A DNA stretch of 57,364 nt, counting the filler, from Sphacelaria rigidula (taxonomy: Eukaryota), in the NCBI GenBank assembly GCA_964200075.2. It is 6 parts of 6 records of this genome, joined end to end, with 100 filler letters (N's around TTAATTAATTAA, not from the genome) between each part and the next. Parts side by side here need not be neighbours in the genome. Positions count along the whole stretch, not along the records: positions 19,159 to 28,635 come from CAXNAA020008401.1; positions 28,736 to 38,212 come from CAXNAA020008402.1; positions 38,313 to 47,789 come from CAXNAA020008403.1; 3 more parts are not named here. One strand, 5' to 3'. How positions within the stretch are numbered: position 1 is the stretch's first letter; each line of letters starts with the position of its first letter. The position numbers and the translations under genes were made by a program. Shown here one piece after another: positions 26,000 to 39,120 of the stretch. Under the pieces are notes generated by a model. That model saw only the letters and a program-made list of their open reading frames with translations. It did not search any database and had not been told where the DNA came from.

Positions 26000-26654
26000 G
26001 TAAGTCCGCGAACTTGACGTATTTTTTGCGGAGCAAAAAAACGAGAGCCCTGTGCCTTTGCGTGGTTGATGGTTGTTGCAACGGATACTGCATGTCGCCC
26101 CTTTGTTCCGCAAGCCCTGATCACGGTGTGATGCGCGGTTGCCGTGTTGTATGTGGCTTGTGTCGCCAAGGAGAGGGAGCGCCATGGACGCAGTGGCTGT
26201 CCAGCCAGGCATAATTCTTAGCGATACTGCTTTATCTAGCTATGAGTGGTATGCACTGTGTACGGTACTGCCGCCCAAAACTGTCAGGCAAGCGACGATT
26301 TGTGCGGATCTCATGCAAAACAGCGTGATGCGATATCCAGAACAAGTCGTGTAGGTACTCGTATCGTATCATGAAACGATACCAGGAAGACTCTCAACAC
26401 CACCGACCAATTACGCGGCAACCCAGGGTAACCACGCACAATATTTGACGCATGATATTTGAAGCAAGCTAATACCATGTGAAATCAACGACCATCCAAG
26501 TTCCGCTGCAATACTGCACTAGTCAGGTGCTGACTTTCCGTGGTATTTTTTTATCTTTTCCCACCGTGGACTCGACGGGGTACACGTGTGAATACCTTTT
26601 AATGGGTACGCGTATACACTTGCTACCCTGCTTGAGAAGAAATGTAACGAGTCA

Positions 26655-27027
26655 GACCACTTTGTATGGCAACCAATCCGTAGTTGTACAAATATGAGGA
26701 TTTGAGCCCGTTTTAATCCGATTTTCTCCCGTGAATTGATTTTTCGGACCCGAGTCCGTTGGGCAATGTTTTTCGCCCAGCTCTTTGGAAACCAGATGAA
26801 TTCTCCCCCACTCTGGGCGCTGACTTTTGGTCCATCACCTGTCTGCTCAGATGCGAAGTCAGCGCCCAGAGTGGGGGAGAATTTATCTGGTTTCCTCAGA
26901 GCTGGGCGAAAAACATTGCCCAACGGACTCGTGTCCGAAAAATCAATTCACGGGAGAAAATCGGATTAAAACGGGCTCAAATCCTCATATTTGTACAACT
27001 ACGGATTGGTTGCCATACAAAGTGGTC
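26655..27027. mobile_element. Near-perfect foldback MITE, possibly PIF/Harbinger-type
   Basis: 172-bp arms (26655-26826, 26856-27027) with about 4 mismatches and a 29-bp loop. Flanks TCA/TTA. Confidence 0.85.
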
Positions 27028-28516
27028 TTAGACCTTCTTTCAGGGCAGTCATTAATCTCGAGTTTTCCGAGCATGGGGGGAAAAAAGTCGAGGAGCGCAT
27101 TTTATGGACTCCGATTTCGTCGAGGTGACCTCAGCTTTCGCCCGCATTTTTCGAAAAATCGGGGGAAAGCTGAGGTGTCCCGATTTTCTTCGAGGTGAAC
27201 TACGTGCATTGACGAACGATTGTAGAGTACGAGGCGTTTGATAGTTTAGCAACCGCAGCAGAAGACAGTCTCTTGACAACGCTGGGTGTGCCTGCCCGGG
27301 CCAGCTGCTGAAGCAGCTTCCTACTGGGTTTGCCAAGCGGATGAAGTGTCGACGCCGTACCCTGCGGCGATAGTAATATTTTATGCTGCACTGCGCTGCT
27401 GTCTTAATCACTACAGTATAACGAACGGTACTGTACTACAGTATTCTAGTCTGTTGTCGCTGTACTTGCAGTGTGACGTATGGCACTGCACTGCTGAATT
27501 CTTCTCGCGCACTGTTTGATCACTGTTTTCGCAATACCGACGGTGTCATCATGTATTACCACACGGCATTACCATACTGTAATCATGGAGCTTCCTGCAC
27601 TGCATTACCCTAGGGTACCACGGTACGACACTGTACTTCAAGGATTATTCACCGCCTGCCTACTCTTCGGCTTCATCCACGAGTACGCGATACCACACTC
27701 CTGCAGAAAATGTCTGTCGGGTACAAAAGTGTTTCAAAATTTTGTTGCACTGTACCATATAACGATCCCCCCGATCTTGGAAAAATGTCTTCGAAAAAAT
27801 CGTGATCCGTTGCCATAAAAGTCGTTTTTGGGGCACTTGTGAACGTTTTATTTTGCATATTTCTCACCTTTTTTAGTCCATTTTCATCCAGATTTATCAT
27901 GAAATAAATAAAGGATGAAGCCCCGGTAATAACGGCCCTTAGACCATCTTATTACATGGCAGTCATCAATGTCGATTTTTTCGAGCATCAGGGGAAAAAA
28001 ATCGGGGAAAAGCTGAGTTCCTCGCGATTTTGAGGTAACGTACGTGCAGGTAGAATGAGAGGCGTTTGATTTTTTTGCAGCCGCAGCAGAAGAGAGTCTT
28101 GTGACAACGCTGGGTGTGCCTGCCCGCACCAGCTGCTGAAGTGGCTCCGCGCGGGGATTGACAAACGGATAGGAAGTGTTGACGCCGTACCCTGCGGCGA
28201 TGGTAATATTCTATGCTGCAATGCGCCGCCATATACTTCATATATCAATAATACGAACGGTACTGTACTACCAGCAGGGTGATGTATGGCACTGCACTGC
28301 TGAACTCATCTCGCGCACTGTTTGTTCGCTGCTCTCGCAATACCGACTGTGTCATCACGTACGGCATTATCATGTATTTTGATCATGGAGTGTTCTGCAC
28401 CGTATTACCATAAGGTACCTCGGTACGACACGGTACTCGAAGGATTATTCACCGCCTGCCTACTCTTCGGCTTCATACACGAGTTCGCGATACCACACTC
28501 CTGCAGAAAATGTCTG
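27028..28516. repeat. Diverged direct duplication (two copies of ~600-700 bp)
   Basis: 27028-27716 matches 27939-28516, e.g. GGATTATTCACCGCCTGCCTACTCTTCGGCTTCAT and GACAACGCTGGGTGTGCCTGCCCG in both. Confidence 0.9.
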
Positions 28517-28582
28517 GCTGTGTACAGAACTGTTTCACAAGTATGTGATACCATGAAAACGCTCAAAACCCCCACAACACAA

Positions 28583-28615
<33 letters not shown>

Positions 28616-28635
28616 AAACAAAAAAAAAAAAAAAA

Positions 28636-28735
28636 NNNNNNNNNNNNNNNNNNNNNNNNNNNNNNNNNNNNNNNNNNNNTTAATTAATTAANNNNNNNNN
28701 NNNNNNNNNNNNNNNNNNNNNNNNNNNNNNNNNNN
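28636..28735. other. Artificial contig-joining spacer
   Basis: 100-nt N/TTAATTAATTAA/N. Confidence 0.98.
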
Positions 28736-28801
28736 ATCGAACCCCCCAACTCAACCATCAGAAGGTTACGAGGTTACCAACTGAGCCACCGGGGCGACCG
28801 G

Positions 28802-28832
<31 letters not shown>
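28736..28832 (-). mobile_element. SINE head at contig edge, next to a (TA)n microsatellite
   Basis: CGAGGTTACCAACTGAGCCACCGGGGCGACCGG is identical to the 6905-6937 motif. Confidence 0.85.
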
Positions 28833-28833
<1 letters not shown>

Positions 28834-30078
28834 GCATGTTAGAAGCATGATAATGCCCCTTGATGGATGCACACGCGCCTATTTGGCTACCCCCCGAAAT
28901 TTCCCAAATACGAAAAATCTGCCGCTCCAGAGGGGGTGAAGCCCCTGAGGTTAATCACTCTGGAGGGTGGATAGTATTCCCCCTCACAGGGATCAACACC
29001 ACCGAACAAGAGGGATAGCCCACACAAAGTCACAAGATGTAGCCCCTCTAGAGGGGTTATATGCACTTTGGAGGATCCAACACACTAATGTGAAACTCCT
29101 CAAGATATCACTCTATTAGCGATTAAACACGTCCACAGACAAAATTGACCTCTCTAGCGGGATCAGTTTTCGTGTGGAGGGATTTTTGGGGGTAACCGAA
29201 TGGCCGCGTGTGTGGGATAGTTATGTAGCGTTGTTCACAAGCCTGTATTGTACACTCACACTGCCAAGCTAAGCGCTCTGGCGTGCTCTGACTTGGAGGT
29301 GACGATTGAATCAACAGCGAAGGTCACTTTTGCCCCATGTTATGGGCGCACAGAGTTAGTTTGTCAGAGTCGGCCAAGAAGAGTCTACGGCTACGGCTTC
29401 GAGAGGGCATCATGTCGACCAAACAGAGCTCATGGTCATGATGACTAGTTTCCGAATCTGGTCCGGCAAAGCTTGGGGGTTGAACCTGCTCATGGAGGTT
29501 GAATATCAACTATTGATAAAGCCCTCTTTGTTCTACACTGACTCATTTCTGCCCTCACCATGCAAGGGTAGCACCGGTACTTGGATGCGTCAGGGATCCG
29601 CCCAGCAGTCTCCCTGTGAGCATGAGCGCACGATCAGCACGGACACACACTCACTTGTGTAGCGTAACCAGTAAAAATGGTAAATTCGAAAATACGAAAA
29701 CACTGTGCACCCTGCACTACGAAAGGCACACCGTACCGTCAGCAGAGTTTCGGGTCGAGTCTAGACCAGAAACAGTAGCTAGTGTAACTGTCTACAATTG
29801 TCCATGGTAGATTACTTGATTTGAGTGTGTCGAATGAGAATCGGGTCTTCAGCACAGTATAGGTCTGACGGATCCGTATGCTCCTGGCGCGCGCAGACCG
29901 CGTTTTCGTTTAAATCGGCGCCACAGGCGCCGCTTGGGGTCTACCAAGGCCGCACGTCGCCTGGGGAAACACAATACACCGCTCTTGCCCAAGGGTTCTC
30001 GGCATGCGTTGGGTTGGAGTCAGGGTTAGGGGTAGCGATACGTGTAAAATTCGTCAACCATGGACATTTATTTGTAGT

Positions 30079-30136
30079 CCAACGCCGGTTAACTGGCCCA
30101 ACGCCGATTGACTGGCCCAACGCCGGTTAACTGGCC
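30079..30136. repeat. 19-bp tandem repeat x3
   Basis: CCAACGCCG(G/A)TT(A/G)ACTGGC units. Confidence 0.85.
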
Positions 30137-30583
30137 TCGAAAAAATAAACCGAAAAATGCGGGCCTGCTGGCATGATGTCATCACAAAATCACGTATCAA
30201 ACGACTCAAGCACGCGGGGCTTGGAGGGGAACGGCTCTAGTACATTGATTTTCGCCCCTCCTCATGTGCCCGATGAGAGGTATCCCAAACTCGAGGTTCG
30301 CGGTGAAGTTTAGAGTAATTTGCAGTCAAATATTTCGGCAACTTTGACTTTGAGATACCTCTTCTTTTACAACATACCTTCGGACGTGATTGGTGCACGA
30401 GGTTGGAGCAAAAAATTGAAAGGAGGATCCAGCGACCACGATACCTCGCGTTGTTTGTTCATCCGTATGAAACCATCAAACGACGGATGTTCCCTTTCTT
30501 CCTACTATACGTCTGGAATAATGTGCACGGAAAAAGAAAATTTGGCGTGCTCTCAGCCTCGTCAACGGCTGTAAACAACTTAA

Positions 30584-30680
30584 CCCCTATACCGCGAGGT
30601 TAGTCTTCTGTTGAATCGACATCTATTTCAAGTGAAAAAAATATGCATGATCCAGAAAGACTAATCTCGCGGTCAAAGGG
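30584..30680. mobile_element. piggyBac-type MITE
   Basis: TTAA|CCC...GGG|TTAA with TIR ACCGCGAGGTTAGTCTT / AAGACTAATCTCGCGGT. Second copy at 35697. Confidence 0.85.
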
Positions 30681-32547
30681 TTAACCAAGCTGGTTGCGTG
30701 CTTACCCCCAGCTATTTCGTGCATGTACGAGGTGTGTAGCTGTACAAACAGAAGAAGGTAAGGTTGACTGATGTAATGCATATGGTAAGGGCGGCACTTC
30801 ATACCAAATACATCGAAGTATCCCCTTGTTAGTGATCGCTGTAATTTTTGCCTCGGGAATATCACCATCCTCGGCAGGCAATCCACAGCAGCAGTAGTAG
30901 CCGCAGCTGTTATTACGGGGGTTTTTGGTGGACTCTTCGATGATGGTACATTCTTGCGTAAAAATCGAAGGGATATAACAAGCAAGTCTGAAGATGCCGT
31001 CCTAGGCGATAAATTCGAAAGATATGTGATAGTACCTAAGACCGCTTGTTGCAGAAAAGCTGTCACTTCTCAACGCTCGAGTATAAACGCAAAACATCTA
31101 CATGCACAAGGAGTACGCGCCGCGTTTCATAAAGCGTGCTGTATATCAACTTGCGGACTGCTGTGAGGAGTGGGTGGATGAAGATGATACACAGACAGGT
31201 TCAGAATACACCCCATGTTCACCCTTCTAGTACATGAAAGCGCACCCCACTCACTGCGAACTACGAATCAGTCTACAACAGAGGGCAGGAGGAGCAGCGC
31301 GGGACATTTTTCTTCATCATCAACACAAAAGGGCATCAGCGGCGGCATTTGAGTAAAAAAAATCGGTGTATTGTATCATAGTATAATAGTAACTTGCTCT
31401 GGTGCATAATAGTTTCAACTGCCTATTTGCGGACTGATGTTGGCCACTGCTGTACCAACTTCTACAACAGTACGTCTGCACGTACAATGTCTGCAAACAA
31501 CAACGTACTCTATATCAATGCAGTTGGTCGTGCATGAACAGCGGAGATTCCATCACTACATGCATGTGTATGTACATGTTGTGTCGCTATTATCGCTCCC
31601 GCTGAGGACGTGTCTCGGCACGAGAATTATCAAAATCGAAATCGACATCAGTCTTCCATGTATCAGTCTTCGATGTCATATATGATGCAAGCGACCAGGT
31701 GGCGTTGGCATCTTGAGCAAAAATGCTTCAAGATGTAGACTACAGTATGGATGTATCTGGAGCGAAAATCCACAGAGTTGAATTTGTCTATTTTTCAACA
31801 TCCGATCAGGTCACATGATGACCTTTCTATATCTTGGTCGATCATCCATACACCACAGGTGGCAACGAGGCAGCAGGGGTAGTTTTAGTTAGGCCGATGG
31901 CGGACTTCTTGATGTCCCTGTGTGCAAGTCGGTAGGGTATTAGCGACCTTGAAGTGGAGACAGCGGAGAGACAACGGATGGCTGTTTTCACAAAAAAGGA
32001 CGTTGTCTGACCGCTGAGTTCGCAGGGCATTTGTTGAGTCGGCATCAATTTCACGTGAAAAAACTATCCATGATCCAGATGGCCGATCTTCACGCCAGGG
32101 TATTTGGTTGACCGGACAATCTGATCAACACATATTTCCTGCATGCAGTATGGATTCCCCCGCACCATCGACATGTACAGCATTGATAGCTGTCGCAAAA
32201 CTTTGAACGTCGCAATTCCTTCGTCTTCCTTCAATTCCGCCCCAGAAGATGTGAAAGATCGAGCTGACCACTAATGCCGTGCCAGATGTTTTGACGTGAA
32301 GAAAAGGGATGAGTGTGAGGCCAACCCGTTGTGCGAGGGCGAGGGGTGTAGAAAGCTCCGAGTTTTCATGGATGCAAACATTTGAACAAAAATCAGCACT
32401 CCGCACCCCTTAGACACACTTCAGGTTTTGTTAGGCAAGTTACTCCTTGTGAGGGGTGCAGACCTGCTCAGGGGATCATATTCTTGCACGTATACCAGCG
32501 ACAGCATACAACTACTGTACTATGTCTGTTCTTTGTTCAAAGCTCAC

Positions 32548-32605
32548 ATTTCTCGTAGGGTGCGGTACTTCAGCTCCCGCGTTCCATGGGCGAAAGCACA
32601 TCTCG
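32548..32605 (-). CDS. CCCH zinc-finger gene exon (second half of finger)
   Basis: TGCAG|CG...AT|GTGAGC encodes (T)RCAFAHGTRELKYRTLRE. Phase matches the previous exon. Confidence 0.9.
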
Positions 32606-33763
32606 CTGCAACTCATCGAGAAAAAAGCACAACGAGAGAGAAAAAGAAGCAAGACCAAAGAAAGCAGAGGGACGGAGAAACAAAACGGATCAACATTTTC
32701 ACCGTGCGGTTGAAGCACAAAGTAAGTATGCGGACATAAACGCACACCGACGTTTTTATAGCCCACTACTGTACAGGTGGAGGATTTGAAGTGGACGCGG
32801 ACGGAAGCAGCCGGGGGGGGGGGGGGGGGGGGGGGCTAGCCTTGGTATGTCGCTGAATCTACTGTTGTTGTTGCTGCTGCCGATTTCATTGTTGCCGCAC
32901 TGGCTGTACCATTGTCATGTCCTGGCTCACCGTTACCGGTCGATATGCACCACCCTTCCATGCGTACATGCATGATCTGTTGTGGGGTGATGCCAATCAA
33001 GTGACACGGACGGGACCCAGCGTGCTTGGTCGAACAAAGCCAGCATATCCTTCGAATAGAACGCAGCCCTATTCACCACTTCTGAACTACTGACCAAGAC
33101 GCCGTTTGTGTCATCTGTCTCAAGATTGTCTGGCATGACATCGACGCTGCAATCCAGCTTCGATGCCTCCTCCCTGCCTCTGTGTGTATAAGCGATGGGG
33201 GCGGTTTCGAAGTTGCAAAACGCGCGCGTTCATTGTGCTGTGCCGAACGGTCACTAATGGAGATCTACATTTCTCAACGCTAACGATATCTACCGTCCCA
33301 TACACACATTCATATCGCGGCGCAAGAACAAAAAAACGTTTACAATAGATGAATGTACCCCGCCCGGGAGAAATGTGGGGAGGCGGGAGGAGGGAGATAT
33401 GAGCGCCATGGTGAAAAAAATGGCTGAGAGACGACGGAAAGGCAGCGGCTCCACAGGGAGGGTTGAATGGATGCGGCACCATCACCAACCACGCGTGGAG
33501 ACGATGGAGAGCGTCCATCCAGCACTGGAAACGCGTGAAGTTTGCTTATCCATTATTCGCCCCACACTCACTCTGCGCCTTACGGTATCTCTCACAAAAA
33601 CTCCAAGACTGCGGTCGGTCTCGAGAACATCTTTTCTTCTTTTCGATGAACACGGCAAACACACAAGCACCAAGAAGAATCGACAAAGCAGCTCTTTCCG
33701 CTAGGGGAATGAGTGTAGAGAACACGCCTATACATTCGAAACTCGTAACAACAGCAGACTCAC

Positions 33764-33809
33764 TTCCGTACGTGCATATGCCCTTTTGCCAATTGCGGCA
33801 CAGCTCCGT
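33764..33809 (-). CDS. CCCH zinc-finger gene exon (first half of finger)
   Basis: AACAG|ACG...A|GTGAGT encodes TELCRNWQKGICTYG. The spliced product RKTELCRNWQKGICTYGTRCAFAHG is a TIS11/ZFP36-type C-x7-C-x5-C-x3-H finger. Confidence 0.9.
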
Positions 33810-34355
33810 CTGTTTACGCGCAAAGATAGAGCAACAAACGACAGGCGTGGGGAGGGCAACACCGGCGAGCACGAGGGTCTGGTTAGTGGAGCATGTCCTC
33901 GTAACAATCTTGTTGTGGTTCATACAACAAGATTCACACAGTGATCCACTGTCGTCGGAATCGAACAGGGCGCAAAATGAAGTTGTCGGAGATCCCTGTC
34001 GGTGAAATGCCGTCATCGGTTGCCGTCGCTGACTCCTGTATCTATCACCGCTACATTCAATAGACATTACAATGTATGTATCTACCGCTTGCACCGGGGA
34101 AGCGAGGGGGTGTAGTAGGAGAGATCATTTGGGAGGGAGGAGGGGTAATTTTTGTTGTAACTGTCTGTACGGACACCATAAAATATGGCTTTGTCACGCA
34201 CAACGAGTATCATTAAGTTCTTGTGTAAGACGATGACAGATGTTGGTCGCCATTGGGCCGGTTACTCTATACTGCACTGAACTACAGGAAGGAGTACAAG
34301 CACGACACCTCAAGAAGAAGCATCACCAGTCGTTCCGGCTGATTGACCAACTTAC

Positions 34356-34438
34356 CTTCCGGTTACTCTCGATAATTGCCTGTGATGGACGACCTTGCCT
34401 GGGCACCCACGTTCCCGCCGAAGTCTTACTGTTAGTGC

Positions 34439-34531
<93 letters not shown>

Positions 34532-34766
34532 CACTACTACTGTAGTATCCAGCGCGCGCCCCCCGGCCGCCGTTTTGCTGTTTCTTTCTTGTTTGCATCG
34601 TACACACTGCAGGATGGGGCGACAAAGACCCGGACCTATTCCGCCGAAGCAGGTGGTGGTGCTCTGTAATCGGCCTAGTCCTTGCGCCGACAGCAGTAGC
34701 AGCAGGGCTGCTTGATTGCAACGACAGCGCGGCTTGCTTGTTCTTGTATCGGTGCTCGAGTAGCAC
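34356..34766 (-). CDS. CCCH zinc-finger gene upstream exon with poly-Ser/poly-Gly (5' boundary uncertain)
   Basis: Ends ...AIIESNRK|GTAAGT in phase 0, giving the KTELC lead-in. Acceptor may be near 34540 or 34767. Confidence 0.75.
34437..34530. repeat. Compound (CCG)n(CTG)n trinucleotide repeat
   Basis: About 12 CCG then about 17 CTG, inside the exon. Confidence 0.95.
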
Positions 34767-35696
34767 CTTTGCTTCCAGGTTGAATTGATGTGTCGTCTAT
34801 AGTCTAAGCGTTTGTGCTGGGGTGGGGTCAGAGGAGGGGCAATCAATAATTCCATGATTGCGAAAGGATCGCATTATTTCCTGTTAGCGATTTGGTCAAA
34901 CAAATCGAAAATAATCACGTTATTTTATGCTCTTGATTCACTTTGGTATAGCCTATAGTACCTCCTGAAGAGCCAGGGACAAGTATGATCGCCGACAACA
35001 GTATCGGCAACAAATGGTCCAAATTCGCAGACTATTTGCTGAACAATGCTGTGGAATGTTTTCGAAAGCTAAGAAGAGGATCTTTCTTTCTCTATCACCT
35101 GCACGGAAACCGTTCGGAATAAATTCAGTGTTTCCATTTTTTCCCCAGAGAACTCATTGTCTTCGTTCGTCCCACGGCGAACGACCACGTGTACGCACTC
35201 CCCGCACCAGGTGTGTTTCACTGCTTTGTTCCGCAGGTAAAAGATTCACCAAATAGTGTGGATGATTCGCCGCTTCTGGCATGACAAACCAAGGAAGGAT
35301 CTACACCATGTCTTTTTGTGCGGTGGCGGGACAGACCGAGGAAGGATCTACATACGTGTCTCTTTGAGCAGTGGTTGCCCATTTGCTCTGGGAAATGCGG
35401 AAAATGGGTGCATGCTCGACCCTTCGACCACTAGAGTAGGTCATCCGTTGAATTGTCATCAGTTGCACTTGAAAAACGCTTTATTATTCCTTCGTGTGGC
35501 ACCTCATGCCTGCCCTTTGACCGCTAGAGCAGCTTACCTGTTGAATCGGCATCAATATTCACTCGAAAAAAGTATGCATGATCCATATGGACGACCTGCA
35601 TTGCGGTTCAAGTGCGAGGAGTATCTGAGGACACTTTCTTCGAGTAAAATTGATGCCAACTCGGCAGATAACCTTTCCTCACCGTCTAAAGGTTAA

Positions 35697-35796
35697 CCCT
35701 TAGACCGCGAGGTTAGTCTTCTGTTGAGTCGGTATCAATTTCAAGTTTAAAAAAGTGTGCATGATCCAGAAAGACTAATCTCGCGGTCTAAAAGGG
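35697..35796. mobile_element. piggyBac-type MITE (second copy)
   Basis: TTAA|CCCTTAGACCGCGAGG...CTCGCGGTCTAAAAGGG|TTAA. Confidence 0.85.
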
Positions 35797-38212
35797 TTAA
35801 TTAAGAGTTTGAATATTTGGCGTTAGTACATGCTACAAGATATTCCGCCACATTTTCCCTGCCCCTTGACTTCCACTCCGTTCATCGCCACCATCCATTT
35901 ACTCTCTTCTTTTTTAAACTTCTGCCACCAAGTTGGTGCGCTTGATGCCCGTTCGGCTCCTTCTCCCGCTCGTGTAGATCTACAAGATATACCCAAGGGC
36001 ACAGAAAATATCCGCACCATCGTTATATCACGAGGATGGGTCTTCGGCTTGAACAAAGAGTGGAAATGATCCCGCTCTGCAGAAAAATCTCGAGAGATAC
36101 TCAACATGAGATGGAATGGTAGATGGATCCTCGCCAGGCAACGAAATGTGTGGTGTTCAAGCTTTTTTGTTCAGGCTGGCCCCCTTTTAACACTTCGACC
36201 GTGAGCAAAGTGAATGGCATCTGTTTATTTGGCATCACTTTCGCTTGAAGAATTCAAGAAGACCTAGATGACCTGCTATTGCGGCCAAATGATCAAGCTT
36301 TTGCGTGTTCTGTTCCCCGCAGGGCAGGGGCTTCCCAGCCTACCGAACCAGGAAGCGCTGGCGCGACCAGAGCTTCTGTTATCACTAATGTACAGATGAA
36401 AACAATACACGCACTGCACTGCGTAGTGTCTGTATAATGATCGAAGATAACAAAAGTAGGATTTTGAAAGTCTAATATATAACTGATTAATAGTTCGGCC
36501 CCGACCAGCAGCGACCTGCGGTATCGCGCAGAGATGGTGGTGCATGTTCGGGAGATATGTATTTCATTCACTCAGGGTTCGATGATTACTCTGTAAGACC
36601 CGACCTAGGGAACAAGATGAAGAACACACAGCTCTCTCCCAGAAAAATATTAGCGCGGAAAATTCTGTAACACGAGCCTCTCAGGTCTCCCCGGTAGCAT
36701 CGCACCGTTGTAGTCCTGAATGTACACATGAGACCGCGCGAGGATAGTCAATCCAGGTCACGCATACCTTCTCCGACGCGGATGAACAACTACGGTAATG
36801 GCGCCAAAGTAAAAAATGCCGCTCTACAGATCGACACCCCTGGACGCCCAAAGGGCCAGAGATTCGTTTTTCAACCCCTTGACCGCCAGCCCAGGTCTTG
36901 CGTTCATGTGTCATGTGAAAATGGATGGTTTCATCAGATGAAGACCCTGGTAACGCCACATATATGTTAATTGACTCGAAGTTAATCTTCCCGGTCAAAC
37001 GGTCAAGTCGAGGGAGAAAACGAAGAGATGGAGCACCACCTTCTTCACGCCGACATCAGCAGGCATAACCTCTACTTGTATTCTCGGGGATGTGAATTTT
37101 CTCTCGTAGCTCAAGCATAGCTGTATTGTTTTTCAAAAACCCCACCAGCATTCGTGCCGCTTTTTCGGTGTCGTCATGACGCTGGGCTCTATCTCACACA
37201 CTCAAGACCGACAACTATCAAAACGTTGCGACGATTACATTCAGCTCTCTTGTGCTGAGGCTTGATTCCCATCACCAACTATGCAGCACCTTGACGGTAA
37301 CAATGGTCTACGCCACACCCTAAGATTGGTGTGCTGTTACAATACAAGTGTTAAAGTAGGTGTGTCGGTGTGTCAGTACGTTACGCGAAAGAGCTGAGCC
37401 CAATCATCGCTGTGCGTTGAGAGTTGTGGGTGGTGAGAATGTGGGATACGTATGTATGTATGCTCCAACGGCATCGAAACACCGAGAAAGTCGTCGCAAA
37501 GGCGTCGCTGACTTCTGCATGTACATGCCAAGGTGCACCTAAGAGAGGTATTTTCGGCATCGCTTATATACCAACGGGGCCACGGGTGCGGCTTCTTCCC
37601 TTTTGCTGGGGCGTTTTCTTCGGTTTTCCTAGACGACATCTTACTTGCTACAGTAGCACCCAATATCATATTGTCTGCCCTCAGCTCCTGTCTATCGTTG
37701 CAGCACAGTCTACTTCATTCGATTGGTCGTTCGTTGCATAGGGAAGATATCGACGTCAGCAGACCACTCGAACGAATGGTTTCCTACCGTCGTAAGGTTT
37801 GCTAAATCATCGATGACGTCAAGGACAGGACTTGTTATCATCACTCCGCGTCATCGCCACCACAATAATACAAGGTTGTACTCGGCTTTCGAATTTGTGC
37901 ATTGATAAAAGATGCTCTGTACACAGGGGTGTGCGGGGGGACATCTTCCCAAAATGCCAGCCACCCCGAACGCAAATGGTCACGAAGAACAACTAACAAC
38001 GCCAACTGGCAGTACCGTAGGTCCCTGCCCGCCGACCTCAAGGGTGGCCTCTTGTGCACACTCAGCAGTGTTTTCGTGAGATTGAGAGTAGATGGTACGA
38101 TTGAGAGTGACTTTGATCGTTCGCTTTAAGTGAGTCATATTTTTATTCCACGTGTGCTTTTCTTCACCTCCGTCACTTGGGTTTGCTTACAGCTACACGT
38201 CGAAATCCTACC

Positions 38213-38312
38213 NNNNNNNNNNNNNNNNNNNNNNNNNNNNNNNNNNNNNNNNNNNNTTAATTAATTAANNNNNNNNNNNNNNNNNNNNNNNNNNNNNNNN
38301 NNNNNNNNNNNN
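38213..38312. other. Artificial contig-joining spacer
   Basis: 100-nt N/TTAATTAATTAA/N. Confidence 0.98.
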
Positions 38313-38721
38313 CCGTGCAAGACAGATATGCCACTTCAGCCCCATATTTTGTATGAACCCCAAAATATAAAATCGGCTGTTATATCATTTGGAGGAATGG
38401 AAGGCTAAAAATCCCCAAAATAGTTTTAGGAAGGTCGGGAGGGATACAGTCGTCCATATGAAAGTCATTAGTCATGCATTTAGGTTCGGGGAAGCACGCC
38501 TTTTGAGTTGAACCTCATTAATTTTTGCAACCCCATTTGCAAGAATCCAATGTCAGTGGAAGCCAGTTTAGCTGAGAGAAGGAGCATGTGTGGGCGCACC
38601 AGCCCGGGCCACACGGGAGGAATGCCAGCCCCGGAGTCCTTCATCTTGTTCCTAGTGTTCCACCTTCCTTTTGCGATGGGCATCGGTGCGTACGGTATCA
38701 GTCAGTCGGTGAGCAGTGCGG

Positions 38722-39120
38722 TGTGTGTGTGTGTGTATTTGTGTGTTGTCATCCCATCTATTCTGGACGCCAGCAGTTTACACCTCATTTCGGTATTTCG
38801 GTATATATATGTGGATGTGAGCGCATCAGCCGGGGTCACGCAAGGCGAAGGCGAACACGGCAGTTTTATCGTCCTTTCTTTCATTTTAGTCCTCCACCTT
38901 CCTTCTGCGGTGCTTGCAGGTGCTTGCCATATTTTTTTATCGCAAAAGGGATTCAGCAGTTCCTTTCCCTCGTCGGCTATGCACTCGAACTTCGGATACC
39001 CACGCCATATAGTCGCTCTCCACTGTTGGGAATGGTGTGAGACAAACTCCAGTCCTTGTGACCTCATCGAGGTTCGAACCAACGACCCATCCGTCAGAAG
39101 GATCCGAGGTTACGAATTAT
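38722..39120 (-). mobile_element. tRNA-derived SINE with (CA)n tail
   Basis: Body shared with 6610-6937. B box GGTTCGAACC at ~39071. GT-repeat tail on + strand. Partial extra copy at ~38590-38675. Confidence 0.8.

Noticed and set aside
34240-34855. Poly-Ala and poly-Pro/Leu ORFs
   Set aside because: Alternative frames of the trinucleotide repeat. Only the Ser/Gly frame splices into the zinc finger.
35830-36069. U-box-like DIPPHFPCPLT
   Set aside because: The remainder of a U-box motif is absent and no splice support was found.
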